In this document: piece after piece, positions 24,237 through 34,442 of the stretch
How the letters are laid out: every line of letters starts with the position of its first letter
Position numbering within the stretch: the first letter of the stretch is position 1
NCBI GenBank assembly: GCA_021792255.1
Contig: JAJYUZ010000004.1
Coordinates: 1-64,000 of the forward strand
DNA length: 64,000 bases
Source of the DNA: Thermoplasmata archaeon
GTDB lineage: Archaea; Thermoplasmatota; Thermoplasmata; Thermoplasmatales; GCA-001856825
Reading direction: 5' to 3'
The notes under the pieces: model-generated
What the model saw: only the letters and a program-made list of their open reading frames with translations
Database searches by the model: none
What the model was told of the DNA's origin: nothing
Translations under genes and position numbers: made by a program

Positions 24237-25419
24237 GAAGATTTCTAGCAGTGTCTACGTCGAAATTGCCCAGGAGGAATGATAGCTTTGTGTAGGCGAC
24301 CTCTGGCAGCATGTCATGAAGAGGGATCACTCCGGCTTCTAGAAGGTTCCTTCCAGTCGTGTATACTTCAAGATCCACCGCACCATAGAGACACTGAGTG
24401 GTCATTCCTATGATCTTACCCTGAGATGTATACTCCTTGACTCTTGAAGCGAATCTGTTTGTGATGTGCCCAAGTCCCGTACCCGCTAAGATGAGACCAT
24501 CGTTTACCTGCGCAAACTTTTCGAAGAGCTCTTCACTCAGCCCCGGATAGAAATAGAGAAGTCCAACTTTTTCGCTTAACTTGTCGTACAGTTTCATGGG
24601 TTTTTCGTTTATCTTTTCGTATTTTCTCCATTGAATCCTTAGATCTCTATCTACACGGCCTATAGGTTCAGAATTGATGCTCTTAAATGCATCCCGCCTA
24701 GACGAGTGCATCTTTCTAAGCCTGACTCCCGAGTGAATGTCGAGAGCGTCATCGCTGGTGGATGAATGCATCACCACGCAGACTTGACCAACATCAGACT
24801 GTGCGACTCTGACTGCACCTTTCAGATTAAAAAAAGCGTCCGAAGACGGTCTGTCTGGGGAGCGCTGAGAAGCAGTGAACACAATGGGCGCCTTGGGATT
24901 TTCTATCAAAAACGAGAGAGCAGATGAAGTGAACGATAGCACGTCAGTTCCATGAGTGATCACTACCCCATCTCTCTCACTGATTCTTTCGTACACTTTC
25001 TTTGCTATGTTGATCCAGTCCGCCTTTTGCATATCCTCCGATAGGATGTTGAGAATGATTTCGGTACCAATCGAAGCTATCTTTGCCAGATCTGGTTGAG
25101 CGTGCAACATCTCCTGGGGGGTTTCTGCCGGTTTCACTGCACCGGTCTCATAGTCCACATAGCTAGCAATAGTTCCCCCAGTCCCGAGCACAAACACTCG
25201 TTTCCCCTCTCCAGTTACCTTTTCTTCCGAAAATTTTCTCTGGACAAACTTGGAAAGCAAGCTGATCGAACCTATGCTAGAATTCTCGAGGGAGAGGTTG
25301 TAGCCGTTCTGAAGTTTAATTACGGTCACTTTTTCATCTTTTGAAATGAACATTCCTGAGAACTTGGTTCCTTTCCATTGAACTTCGACTTTGTCGCCTG
25401 ATTCTATGGTATCGGACAC
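24190..25419 (-). CDS. gatD: Glu-tRNA(Gln) amidotransferase subunit D
   Basis: KLQNGYN N-domain, GTGGTIASYVDY, THGTD, SQRSPDRPSSD, RKMHSSRRDAF. Confidence 0.96.
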   Translation of the reverse strand: MSDTIESGDKVEVQWKGTKFSGMFISKDEKVTVIKLQNGYNLSLENSSIGSISLLSKFVQRKFSEEKVTGEGKRVFVLGTGGTIASYVDYETGAVKPAETPQEMLHAQPDLAKIASIGTEIILNILSEDMQKADWINIAKKVYERISERDGVVITHGTDVLSFTSSALSFLIENPKAPIVFTASQRSPDRPSSDAFFNLKGAVRVAQSDVGQVCVVMHSSTSDDALDIHSGVRLRKMHSSRRDAFKSINSEPIGRVDRDLRIQWRKYEKINEKPMKLYDKLSEKVGLLYFYPGLSEELFEKFAQVNDGLILAGTGLGHITNRFASRVKEYTSQGKIIGMTTQCLYGAVDLEVYTTGRNLLEAGVIPLHDMLPEVAYTKLSFLLGNFDVDTARNLLDKNLRGEISERRTE

Positions 25420-25562
25420 AGATAGAGATGTCTAATTCATAAAAAAACTTGCCGAGAATGCCAACGGCCTTCGATTAGCTATTTTGTCGAAGGGATGATT
25501 AAATGGTAAATATTGTGAGTGACCTAAAAGAAATGGTTTAATGGTAGTGTTAATTCAGTTGT

Positions 25563-26081
25563 ATGCGTCCGCTCTTGATAGGGAGGTTTCAACCATTCCA
25601 CAACGGCCACATGTGGCTTGCGAGGAAGATTATCAACGAGTACGGCTCCCTCATTATAGGAATAGGAAGTGCTCAAGAATCGCACACACTTTCGAATCCA
25701 TTCACCGCGGGTGAAAGGCAGTACATGATTCAACGAGCACTGGAAGCAGACTCAATACACGACTACTATCTAGTCCCGATAGAAGACCTGTACAGAAATA
25801 GCCTGTGGGTCAGTCACATAGTCTCGCTCACTCCTCCGTTCGATATCGCCATTTCTGCAAACCCACTGGTCAAGAGACTTTTCATGGAAGCCGGGAAGAA
25901 CGTCTTGGAACCAAAGATGAAATCCAGAGAATTGTATTCTGGCAGGGAGATAAGAAAGAAGATCATAGAAGGGGAGAAGTGGGATGACTTGGTTCCGGAT
26001 CAAGTATATAAGGTCATAATGGAAATAGACGGGATCAAGAGACTTCAGGATCTTGCAAAAACCGATGAGGTTAATAGGTGA
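25563..26081 (+). CDS. nadM: nicotinamide-nucleotide adenylyltransferase
   Basis: IGRFQPFHNGH, GSAQESH, NPFTAGER, SGREIR. Confidence 0.95.
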   Translation: MRPLLIGRFQPFHNGHMWLARKIINEYGSLIIGIGSAQESHTLSNPFTAGERQYMIQRALEADSIHDYYLVPIEDLYRNSLWVSHIVSLTPPFDIAISANPLVKRLFMEAGKNVLEPKMKSRELYSGREIRKKIIEGEKWDDLVPDQVYKVIMEIDGIKRLQDLAKTDEVNR

Positions 26082-26383
26082 ATAAAAATAGGGTCCAAAT
26101 GAAAGAAATGGAGTTTGTTGTTGTAGATAAGGGGAAGGACTTCATAGTTTACGAAGTACTCAACAACGATAACACGATATTGAGGCCGCTGATGGAGGAG
26201 ATAGAAAAAGACAGCATGGTTGAGAACGTCAGGTACTATTTCGAGCATCCATATCTTTCAAATCCAAAAATCCACATAAATGTGAAGCAGGGAAAACCTC
26301 AGGCTGCCCTCAAGAGAAGCCTCAGGAGAATGGAAAAGATATACGAAAATCTGTACGGACAGTACAGAAAGACAAGCACTTAG
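26078..26383 (+). CDS. rpoL: DNA-directed RNA polymerase subunit L (Rpo11); true start may be a downstream ATG
   Basis: NTILRPL..EI, RYYFEHPYLSNPKI, GKPQAALKR. Confidence 0.85.
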   Translation: MNKNRVQMKEMEFVVVDKGKDFIVYEVLNNDNTILRPLMEEIEKDSMVENVRYYFEHPYLSNPKIHINVKQGKPQAALKRSLRRMEKIYENLYGQYRKTST

Positions 26384-26723
26384 TTGAAAACATAACTACC
26401 CGCAAGACTTTTTTCGCAGATCGGATCTGCTAATCGTCGACTTGAAAATGTCCAGCAGAACAGAATCATAAAAAATGATGACGGGAGTTTGAAAACCTGC
26501 TGACTTGCGTCACTTAAGTAAATACGCAATCCGTGTTCGTATAGAGATCCAACCTTGTCTTCAAGAATATTGATGGTGGGGGTTTCAAGGGAAAGCAGGT
26601 ATATGGGAGTTGTACCCAAAGGGCTCGGCTTATCCTCTTAAATCGCCATCCCATACAAAACCGGGAATGATAGCCTAGTATTTCCGACATGAAAGTTTTT
26701 ATCCGCTTTCCTAATTGGTTCCC

Positions 26724-27467
26724 ATGAACCAAAACGAGCCACAAATTATTGAACTGGACAAGTTTGTCTCAAAGAATCCGTTAGTAATTCTTGGATTCGT
26801 CGAATCAACCACTTTGGGACTTTTGACTTCATCGTATCTCATAGAGCAGGTCAAGCTCCACCAGATCGCTCAGATCAAGAGCATCCATATTCCTCCGGTG
26901 ACCGTATTTGTGGGCGGGAAGATGAGGACGCCATTCAGGATTTACATGAACAAGGAAGGTACTCTTATGGTCATCACGTGCGAAGTTCCGATTGACGATG
27001 AGGGTCTTTATGAAATCTCATCTGCGCTAGTAAGGTGGCTCGAGAACGTAAAACCTAGTGAGCTTGTGGTCGTGGACGGAATCCCTATCAAGGGGTTGAT
27101 CGACAAGAGAACGGTCTATGCAGCTGCAGAGTCTTCTAACATCGAGAAACTGTCTATTACCGGAGTAGAAAGCGCTGGATCTGCGATTATTTCTGGAATA
27201 GGTGGTGCACTTATTAACGAATGCATAGGGCGGAAGATCGATGCAGTGTCTCTGATGACGGAGACATCTATCGATGTGCCCGATCCCGGAGCGGTCCTTT
27301 CGATCGTGGAAGTCTTAAATAAAGCTTACAATCTCAAAATAGGCACCGACATTTTGCATGATTCGGTGAAGAAGTTACAGGAACAGACCAACGAAATAAT
27401 CAGTAAGTTCAATCAACTACAGAAGGACAAAACTCAGAAGCAGCCAGAACAGTCCATATACGGTTAG
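26724..27467 (+). CDS. PAC2-family proteasome assembly chaperone-like protein
   Basis: LILGF, PFRIY, LVVVDGI, ISGIGGAL, PDPGA, C-terminal SIYG. Confidence 0.85.
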   Translation: MNQNEPQIIELDKFVSKNPLVILGFVESTTLGLLTSSYLIEQVKLHQIAQIKSIHIPPVTVFVGGKMRTPFRIYMNKEGTLMVITCEVPIDDEGLYEISSALVRWLENVKPSELVVVDGIPIKGLIDKRTVYAAAESSNIEKLSITGVESAGSAIISGIGGALINECIGRKIDAVSLMTETSIDVPDPGAVLSIVEVLNKAYNLKIGTDILHDSVKKLQEQTNEIISKFNQLQKDKTQKQPEQSIYG

Positions 27468-27515
27468 ATGGGAGAGAGACGTTCAGATTTAAATTTTCGA
27501 AGTGAATTAGCCTTA

Positions 27516-27989
27516 ATGCTAAATATCTCCGTAATCGGAGGAAGTGAAATTCCGGCCAAGACCTGCGAGGTTGCGCGTGAAGTAGGACGGTTGCTAGCCA
27601 AGGGAGGAGCAACGGTCTTTTGTGGAGGACTGTCCGGGGTAATGGAATGTGTCGCCAAAGGAGTAAGAGAAGAGAATGGTCTCGTAATCGGAATACTGCC
27701 TGGAAATCTCCCAGAGGAAGGAAACAAGTATTTGTCTGCCGCTCTTCCTACCGGTCTTGGCTATGCTAGAAATTTCTTGGTGGTTAGGGCAGGCAAAGTG
27801 GTAATCGCGATCGACGGTTCCACGGGCACAATCTCCGAAGCATCATTTGCCCTTGCAGAGGGTAAGGATGTCATCGCCATAGGGGATCTGGAATTCGTTC
27901 CAAAGAAGAAAAGCGAAGGCAAATTCATAAAGGTGACATCGCCGAAGGAAGCAGTAGAACTCTCATTAAGACTCGCATCTGAGAAATAG
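27516..27989 (+). CDS. TIGR00725/LOG-family (SLOG) protein
   Basis: ISVIGG, CGGLSGVME, IGILPG, TGLGYARN, GSTGTISE. Confidence 0.9.
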   Translation: MLNISVIGGSEIPAKTCEVAREVGRLLAKGGATVFCGGLSGVMECVAKGVREENGLVIGILPGNLPEEGNKYLSAALPTGLGYARNFLVVRAGKVVIAIDGSTGTISEASFALAEGKDVIAIGDLEFVPKKKSEGKFIKVTSPKEAVELSLRLASEK

Positions 27990-28092
27990 GAAGACACGAT
28001 ACCGGGAATTCAAGCGCTTTGTGATACTTGATCAACTCTGCCCCCAAATTTCATCTCGTAAATATTTATTAATTCATATTAACTGATAGAAT

Positions 28093-29376
28093 ATGTCTTT
28101 CAATTCCTCGCTAAATGAAGCCCTGTGGATAAGACAGAAAGCAAGGGAACACACAGAATTATTCAGGAATTCTATTCCTCTGATTGCTAGTGAAAATCTA
28201 ATGAGCCCTCTCACAAAAGAGATGGTCATTTCCGATTTTAACAACAGATACGCAGAAGGTCTCCCGGGGCACAGATACTATCAGGGAAACAAGACGGTCG
28301 ATGAAATGGAAACCAGGGTCGAAGAGCTGGTGAAGAAATTGTTCGACTCTAAACAGGCAGACGTGAGACCGATTTCTGGCACAAACGCCAATCAAGCGCT
28401 AGTGTTTGCGCTCCTTCAACCGAGAGAGACCATTTTGACTCCGAGCTTGGATTCTGGAGCACACATTTCCTCCGCGGAATTTGGAGCCGTAGGGATGAGA
28501 GGTTGCAACATAAAGAACATGATTTTTGACACCGAGAATATGAAGGTGGATGTTGATGGAACCAGGAAAGTTCTGCTCGCAGAGAGACCGAAAGTGGTAC
28601 TCTTCGGGTTCTCAGTTTTCCTGTTTCCTGCACCTATCAGGGAGCTCAAGGATACGATCGATGAAGTGGGCAGTTCAGTTTGGTATGACGGGGCTCACGT
28701 ACTTGGACTGATTGCAGGTAAAAAATTCCAGGACCCCTTGAGAGAGGGAGCCGATGTGATATCTGGCAGCACCCACAAGACCTTCCCAGGTCCTCAGCAC
28801 GGGGTAATATTAGGAAACACTGATGATGAGAAGTGGAAGAGAGTCAGAAGAGGAGTCTTCCCTGGAGTGATTTCAAATCACCACATCGGAGCAATGGCAG
28901 GACTTGGAGTTACGGCGGCTGAAATGATAGAGTTCGGAGAATCGTATGCTTCTGCGATTATCGAGAACGCAAAGATGCTGGGAGGGGAATTATATTCAAG
29001 AGGCTTCAAAGTGCTTGCAGAAAAGAACGGTTTCACAGAGAGTCACACTCTGCTTATCGATGTCAAGGATAAGGGAGGAGGAAAACACGTCGCAGAGGAA
29101 CTCGAGAAGAATCTCATAATACTAAACAAGAACATGATACCTGGAGATACAAACACGAAGGCACAGAATCCTTCGGGCATTAGAATAGGAACCCAGGAAG
29201 CGACTAGGATTGGAATGGGTAAGAGCGAGATGTCTCACATAGCGGAACTTATTGATAGGGCCCTAAAGGGAAATGACGTCAAGGAAGAGGTCTTAGAACT
29301 CAAGAGAGGATTCCAGGAAGTCAGTTACTGCTTCGGTAAAGAGAGAGGATATGATTTTATAGAGCTCTACAAGTGA
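28093..29376 (+). CDS. glyA: serine hydroxymethyltransferase
   Basis: LIASEN, YAEGLPGHRYYQG, STHKTFPGPQ PLP lysine, SGIRIGT. Confidence 0.97.
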   Translation: MSFNSSLNEALWIRQKAREHTELFRNSIPLIASENLMSPLTKEMVISDFNNRYAEGLPGHRYYQGNKTVDEMETRVEELVKKLFDSKQADVRPISGTNANQALVFALLQPRETILTPSLDSGAHISSAEFGAVGMRGCNIKNMIFDTENMKVDVDGTRKVLLAERPKVVLFGFSVFLFPAPIRELKDTIDEVGSSVWYDGAHVLGLIAGKKFQDPLREGADVISGSTHKTFPGPQHGVILGNTDDEKWKRVRRGVFPGVISNHHIGAMAGLGVTAAEMIEFGESYASAIIENAKMLGGELYSRGFKVLAEKNGFTESHTLLIDVKDKGGGKHVAEELEKNLIILNKNMIPGDTNTKAQNPSGIRIGTQEATRIGMGKSEMSHIAELIDRALKGNDVKEEVLELKRGFQEVSYCFGKERGYDFIELYK

Positions 29377-29474
29377 CATTCCGGAATAAGATTGAAAGTT
29401 TGCATATGCGGCCATACTGGAAACGCAGTGCTCTATTAGGATAAATTAAATTAGGAATCAATACTTGCCATTAG

Positions 29475-30011
29475 ATGACTACTCTTAACGATTCCTTTGA
29501 GTACATCATGAACAATTTCGAAAACCTTAGGGAACTGGACGAAGGAACAGTGAGCAAGGTGATCCAGACACTCCTTGACTCAAGGCACATCTTTGTTTAT
29601 GGAGTTGGCAGATCTGGTATCGTAGGAAGGATGTTTGCAATGAGGCTTGTGCAGCTTGGAATGCATGCATACTTTGTGGGAGAGACGATTGCCCCCATAG
29701 TTACGGAAAAAGATTCCGTCATCTTATTATCGGGTACAGGAGAGACACAGGGCGCATTACTGGTCGCTCAGATTTGTAGGAAAGTGAATGCAAAAATCGT
29801 CTCCATAACTTCATCAAAAGACAGCTCGATCTACAAGGCAAGCGATTTCAAAATAGTCCTAAAGACAAACAAATCCTCTGACCTTGCCCCTCTCGGAACT
29901 CTCTTCGAAAGTTCTTGCCATGTTCTCCTAGATTCGATGGTAGCACTTTTGATGAACATGAAGGGAGAAAAGGAAGCAGATCTGAGAAAGAGACACGCAA
30001 TCTGGCTATGA
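29475..30011 (+). CDS. hxlB: 6-phospho-3-hexuloisomerase (SIS domain)
   Basis: GVGRSG, FAMRLVQLG, VGET, SGTGET, APLGTLFE. Confidence 0.88.
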   Translation: MTTLNDSFEYIMNNFENLRELDEGTVSKVIQTLLDSRHIFVYGVGRSGIVGRMFAMRLVQLGMHAYFVGETIAPIVTEKDSVILLSGTGETQGALLVAQICRKVNAKIVSITSSKDSSIYKASDFKIVLKTNKSSDLAPLGTLFESSCHVLLDSMVALLMNMKGEKEADLRKRHAIWL

Positions 30012-30063
30012 CACTCGACGCAGCCATAAGAAAAAAACAAATAAAGCGACAATCTACAGAATC

Positions 30064-31068
30064 ATGCTGAAGGACCTGTCTAAGCTGGAATCCGTGGTTC
30101 AGGAAGTAATAACCGCAGAGGAACTAAAGTCGCTAGATACCGCGAAGGGATACTGTGGTTTTGAACCATCCGGTCCGCTTCACATCGGGACAGGTCTGTA
30201 CTGGACTAACATTTTCAATCTAGCGGTGGACGCCGGAATTGAAATGAGAATTCTTCTGGCCGATTGGCACGCTGCAGTAAACGACAAATTTGAAGGAAAT
30301 TTGGAAAAAATACAAAGAAATGCGGAGTACATGAGAGAAGGATTTCTCTCGCTTGGTCTGAACCCAAAAGTGAAATTTGTTCTAGCTTCTGAGCTGGTTT
30401 CTGACTCCGATTACTGGGCTCTTCTTCTCAGAGTTGCAAAAGCCTTGACCATATCTAGGATAAAGAGATCTCTTCCGATAATGGGAAGAAGCGAAGAGGA
30501 CGCAGACAAGGACTCGTCGAAATTGATATATCCTATGATGCAAGCGACCGACATATTCTACATGGACCTAGACGTAGCGTTCGGTGGAATGGATCAGAGG
30601 CACGTCCACATGCTCGCACGGGATATTCACAAGAAGGTCGGAAAGAAAGGATTCGTAGCGATACACAGTCCTTTGATCTCCTCACTCAAGGGAGGCAACA
30701 GGATGGACCCTATGAACAAGATGAGCAAGAGCAAGGGAGACTCAGCGGTGTTCATTCACGACTCTCCAGCTGATATTTCGAGAAAGATCAGGTCGGCATT
30801 CTGCCCCGAAAGGACTGTTGAAGGCAATCCGATACTTCAGATCTACAAAAACATAATTTTCAATTTCTACAATGACGGAATACGGATTGGAGAAAGAGAG
30901 GAATACCAAGCGTACAAGGAGCTGGAGCACGACTTTATTGAGGGGAAGATCCACCCCTCCGAACTGAAGGAGAGCCTCTCTCTGAAACTCGCTCAGATCC
31001 TGGAACCCTCCAAAGCGTACTTTGAAAAAGATTCCAGACGGAGGATTCTAATGGAGGAATTCAGATGA
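30064..31068 (+). CDS. tyrS: tyrosyl-tRNA synthetase
   Basis: GFEPSGPLHIG, LADWHA, YPMMQATD, GGMDQR, KMSKS. Confidence 0.97.
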   Translation: MLKDLSKLESVVQEVITAEELKSLDTAKGYCGFEPSGPLHIGTGLYWTNIFNLAVDAGIEMRILLADWHAAVNDKFEGNLEKIQRNAEYMREGFLSLGLNPKVKFVLASELVSDSDYWALLLRVAKALTISRIKRSLPIMGRSEEDADKDSSKLIYPMMQATDIFYMDLDVAFGGMDQRHVHMLARDIHKKVGKKGFVAIHSPLISSLKGGNRMDPMNKMSKSKGDSAVFIHDSPADISRKIRSAFCPERTVEGNPILQIYKNIIFNFYNDGIRIGEREEYQAYKELEHDFIEGKIHPSELKESLSLKLAQILEPSKAYFEKDSRRRILMEEFR

Positions 31069-31976
31069 GACCAGTCGAGGACTTGAGGATCAAAAAAGGA
31101 ATGAAAGTATCGGAGCTTCTTCAGCAGTTTGCAAATTCTGGAGGCTTCACTGCTCCAAAGCTTGGTGCTGCAGTTGAAATTCTCAAGGAGATGAGGAAGA
31201 ATAAGGTCGAGACATTTCTTAGCTTCACGGCAGACATCGTTTCAACTGGAACCAGGGGCGCGATAGTCGACCTGATAAATTCTGGGATCGTCAATCATAT
31301 AATAACCACTGCGGGGACGGTCGACCACGATCTAGCAAGGAGTTTCAAGAACTATTATCGGGGAGATTTCATGCTCAACGACGGACAACTTTTGAAAGAA
31401 AAGAAATACAGGCTTGGCAACGTGGTGATTCCCCAAGATCATTATGGGAAAGTCGTGGAAGAGAGGATGATGCCATTTCTGGAGAGAGAATATGAAAAGA
31501 AAAAGAAGTGGGCTATCAGCGATCTCCTCAGGGACCTCGGGAAAGAGATGAAAAGTAACTCGATTCTGAAATCAGCTTATGCTAAGGGAGTCGATGTGTT
31601 CATACCGGGATACACCGACGGATCGTTCGGGTCTCAGCTCTGGTCATTCTGGGAGATGAACCGGGATTTCTCTATTGATTCACTTGAAGACGAGCACAGA
31701 CTTAGCGAGATAATGTTCAATTCATCAAAAAAGAAAATGGGAGCGATCATCATCGGAGGTGGAATTTCGAAACACCACGTCATATGGTGGAACCAATTCA
31801 GGGGAGGACTTGACTACGCCATATACATAACGACAGCACAGGAGTTTGACGGTAGTCTTTCGGGTGCACAACCCAGGGAGGCAGTTTCCTGGGGAAAGAT
31901 CAAACCCAAGGCAAAGCAGGTTTTGATAGAGGGAGAGGCGACTGTGATTCTTCCTCTGATCGTTGCTTCCCTCTGA
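31065..31976 (+). CDS. dys: deoxyhypusine synthase
   Basis: GGFTA, TAGTVDHD, DGSFG, GGGISKHH, DGSLSGA..EAVSWGK. Confidence 0.95.
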   Translation: MRPVEDLRIKKGMKVSELLQQFANSGGFTAPKLGAAVEILKEMRKNKVETFLSFTADIVSTGTRGAIVDLINSGIVNHIITTAGTVDHDLARSFKNYYRGDFMLNDGQLLKEKKYRLGNVVIPQDHYGKVVEERMMPFLEREYEKKKKWAISDLLRDLGKEMKSNSILKSAYAKGVDVFIPGYTDGSFGSQLWSFWEMNRDFSIDSLEDEHRLSEIMFNSSKKKMGAIIIGGGISKHHVIWWNQFRGGLDYAIYITTAQEFDGSLSGAQPREAVSWGKIKPKAKQVLIEGEATVILPLIVASL

Positions 31977-31979
31977 ACC

Positions 31980-32720
31980 CTACACGAATTTGTAGGTAAA
32001 CGACTCAGAATCCAGTAATTTCTTGAGCGAGTTCTTCTGTAAGGAATCAAAGGACTTGTTCTCTATAAGAAACCCCTTTGCTCCAATGGTCTTCTGAAAC
32101 ATCTCCTTCAGTGAATTGGAGGTAAGTGAGGCAAATCTGTACTTTGAGGCGATGTGCCCTAAAGCTATTCCTTCGTCTATAGCCATCTTGGTGAACTTGC
32201 TGGAGTAGTGCAACCCTCCGATACCACAGTATATCTCCGCGTCTTCGTCAAATGACTCGTATATCGATCTCGCCATCATGTAGCCAATCTCTTTGTCTCC
32301 ATACTCTAAGTCACTCGAACCTATCTCAACGAATATGAGCGGGTTCTCCGAAAAAGGACCGTGATGGGTTGCTTCGTAGGTGACTTCAAAATTCATACCT
32401 TTGCTGTATTTATTGATATTAAGGAGGACCCCTCTTGCGTACTTTGCATCGTAGCGGGTCATCTTGTTTTTTGCTCCACCGTATTCATTGGCTTCAAAAT
32501 TTCCTGCAGCGTGAACGGTGAGACTCCTTATGTTCTTCAGACTCTTGTGCTGACTCGGGATTATTATCAGCTCATCCTTTTTTGCATTTGCGTCCTTCTC
32601 CGGATAATCGTGATAGATAGGATGTTCGTTGAGGCCAATGACGTCGACTGAGAAGTTCTTCTCCAGAAAATAACTGATATTCTTACCAGCTACGTCATCG
32701 TTGCCGTAGACAACTTTCAT
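31980..32720 (-). CDS. dtdA: D-aminoacyl-tRNA deacylase (DTD2 type)
   Basis: SQHKS, LTVH..GN, EATHHGP, FVEIGS, GGLHY, GHIASKY. Confidence 0.93.
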   Translation of the reverse strand: MKVVYGNDDVAGKNISYFLEKNFSVDVIGLNEHPIYHDYPEKDANAKKDELIIIPSQHKSLKNIRSLTVHAAGNFEANEYGGAKNKMTRYDAKYARGVLLNINKYSKGMNFEVTYEATHHGPFSENPLIFVEIGSSDLEYGDKEIGYMMARSIYESFDEDAEIYCGIGGLHYSSKFTKMAIDEGIALGHIASKYRFASLTSNSLKEMFQKTIGAKGFLIENKSFDSLQKNSLKKLLDSESFTYKFV

Positions 32721-32741
32721 CGAGCTTTATCACAGTTTTGA

Positions 32742-32802
32742 TTTAAACTCTTTCTCAAGTTAAAGGACGAACAATTTAACAGAGTCGAAAGAACTTAAAT
32801 AA
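32742..32802. promoter_or_regulatory. divergent archaeal promoters (dtdA and PRTase)
   Basis: TTTAAA at 32742-32747 is ~25 nt upstream of the dtdA ATG (minus strand); purine-rich BRE + TTAAATAA at 32795-32802 precedes the PRTase ATG. Confidence 0.55.
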
Positions 32803-32818
32803 AGCGAGACACTACGAA

Positions 32819-33478
32819 ATGATAATAATGGACTTCCAAAAAGTTCCAGCTCAAATTGTGAGCTGGGAAGAGATCGAAAGATGGGCAGAAATTATCGTAG
32901 AAAAAATTGGCGACTTAGAATTCGATTGTGTAATTTCAGTTATCAGAGGGGGACTTGTACCATCAAGAATAGTTGCAGACTATCTGAGCATAAAGGACAT
33001 ATTCACTCTCAAAACGGAACACTGGGGGATCACGGCAACTCCGGACGGAAAGGCAGCTGTCACCTATCCCATAGTGAAAGATCTGAGTGGAAGATCCGTG
33101 CTCCTAGTTGATGACATAACGGATACGGGACAATCCCTGAAACTAGCACTTGATGCCACCAAGCAAAAGAACCCGAGGATAGTCAAGAGTGCGACTTTTC
33201 TTCACATAAACAAAGCAGAAATTGTACCCGATTATTTCGCAGAAGAGGTTACCGCAGACAATTGGAAATGGTTCATCTTCCCGTGGAACAGGAGGGAAGA
33301 TTTCAGAAATCTGATTCTAAATTGCATTGACGTGCCAAGAACAAGGGACGAGATTACCTCGTGTCTGATCAAAAAGAATGATCTGCACATATCTAGGAGG
33401 GAATTCGAGGAGACAATCTCGTGGCTGGAGTATCACGACAAGATCAAGAACGGCAATGGAAAAATATCAAAAGCCTAG
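32819..33478 (+). CDS. type I (purine) phosphoribosyltransferase
   Basis: VIRGGLVP, VLLVDDITDTGQSL PRPP loop, WFIFPW. Confidence 0.9.
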   Translation: MIIMDFQKVPAQIVSWEEIERWAEIIVEKIGDLEFDCVISVIRGGLVPSRIVADYLSIKDIFTLKTEHWGITATPDGKAAVTYPIVKDLSGRSVLLVDDITDTGQSLKLALDATKQKNPRIVKSATFLHINKAEIVPDYFAEEVTADNWKWFIFPWNRREDFRNLILNCIDVPRTRDEITSCLIKKNDLHISRREFEETISWLEYHDKIKNGNGKISKA

Positions 33479-34404
33479 GTAGTAACTATAGTGCCTGCCT
33501 TATCCTTCAGAGCATCGTTCATATTTTCTGCGTTTGTCACGATCGCCTTTCTTCCGGTCTTCTCAACGAAGTTTACCGCTGCGTCAATCTTAGGAAGCAT
33601 ACTCCCAGCTGCAAAGTGACCCTCCTTTCTCAACTTCTTTAGCTCATCAACACCGATTAATCCGAGCTTCTGTCTCTCTGGTCTGTTGAAATTTATGTAA
33701 GCCGCATCGACTGCGGTCAATATTATAAAACAATCGACATCGAGTTCGACTGCTATGAGTGAAGAAGCTAAATCCTTATCTATCACAGCCTCGACTCCAG
33801 AATAACCTCCATCTGTCTTAACGACTGGAATCCCTCCCCCGCCCGCAGCGATGGGAACGAAATTTCCATTCATCAGATATCTAATCTGTTCTATCTCAAC
33901 GATGTCGACCGGGGCTGGAGATGGCACGACTCTTCTGTACCCTCTCCCAGCATCCTCCTTCATCACAAATCCGTTGTTCATTTCCAGTATCCTAGCTTCA
34001 TCTCTGGTGTAGTACTTTCCGACAGGTTTCGTAGGGTTCTTGAAAGCCGGATCATTTCTTTCCACTACTGTCCTAGTAATTAGAGTCACAACTTTCTTTT
34101 GGATCCCCATATCGTTGAAGATTTTCTGGAAGGATGTCTGCAGGAAATAACCAATGTTTCCCTGAGACATTGCTCCGCAAACGTCAAGAGGCATAGCAGG
34201 ACTCACGGAACTCGAAAACTCGTTTTGAAGTAATATTGCCCCGACCTGTGGACCGTTTCCATGTGTCAGTACTACTTCATTGTCTCTAAAAAATTCATAC
34301 GTCTTTTTGGCCGTGATTTCTGCACGATAGATCTGTTCTTCGGCAGTTCCTCGGTCATATTTTTCCAGAAGTGCATTACCTCCCACAGCCAAGGTAGCTT
34401 TCAT
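33475..34404 (-). CDS. arcC: carbamate kinase
   Basis: GGNALL, THGNGPQVG, PTKPVG, GYRRVVPSP, GGGGIPV, EAVIDKD, GSMLPK. Confidence 0.96.
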   Translation of the reverse strand: MKATLAVGGNALLEKYDRGTAEEQIYRAEITAKKTYEFFRDNEVVLTHGNGPQVGAILLQNEFSSSVSPAMPLDVCGAMSQGNIGYFLQTSFQKIFNDMGIQKKVVTLITRTVVERNDPAFKNPTKPVGKYYTRDEARILEMNNGFVMKEDAGRGYRRVVPSPAPVDIVEIEQIRYLMNGNFVPIAAGGGGIPVVKTDGGYSGVEAVIDKDLASSLIAVELDVDCFIILTAVDAAYINFNRPERQKLGLIGVDELKKLRKEGHFAAGSMLPKIDAAVNFVEKTGRKAIVTNAENMNDALKDKAGTIVTT

Positions 34405-34442
34405 TAGTCTACTCCAGAGAAGAGTGAAGTTCTTCCGACCTT

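Noticed and set aside
26470-26505. Box C/D sRNA (ATGATGA ... CTGA)
   Set aside because: Only one C and one D box about 19 nt apart, no C'/D' pair, and no recognisable antisense guide.
26572-26600. tRNA-like 3' end CCCCCACCA on the minus strand
   Set aside because: No T-loop (TTCRA) or cloverleaf upstream.
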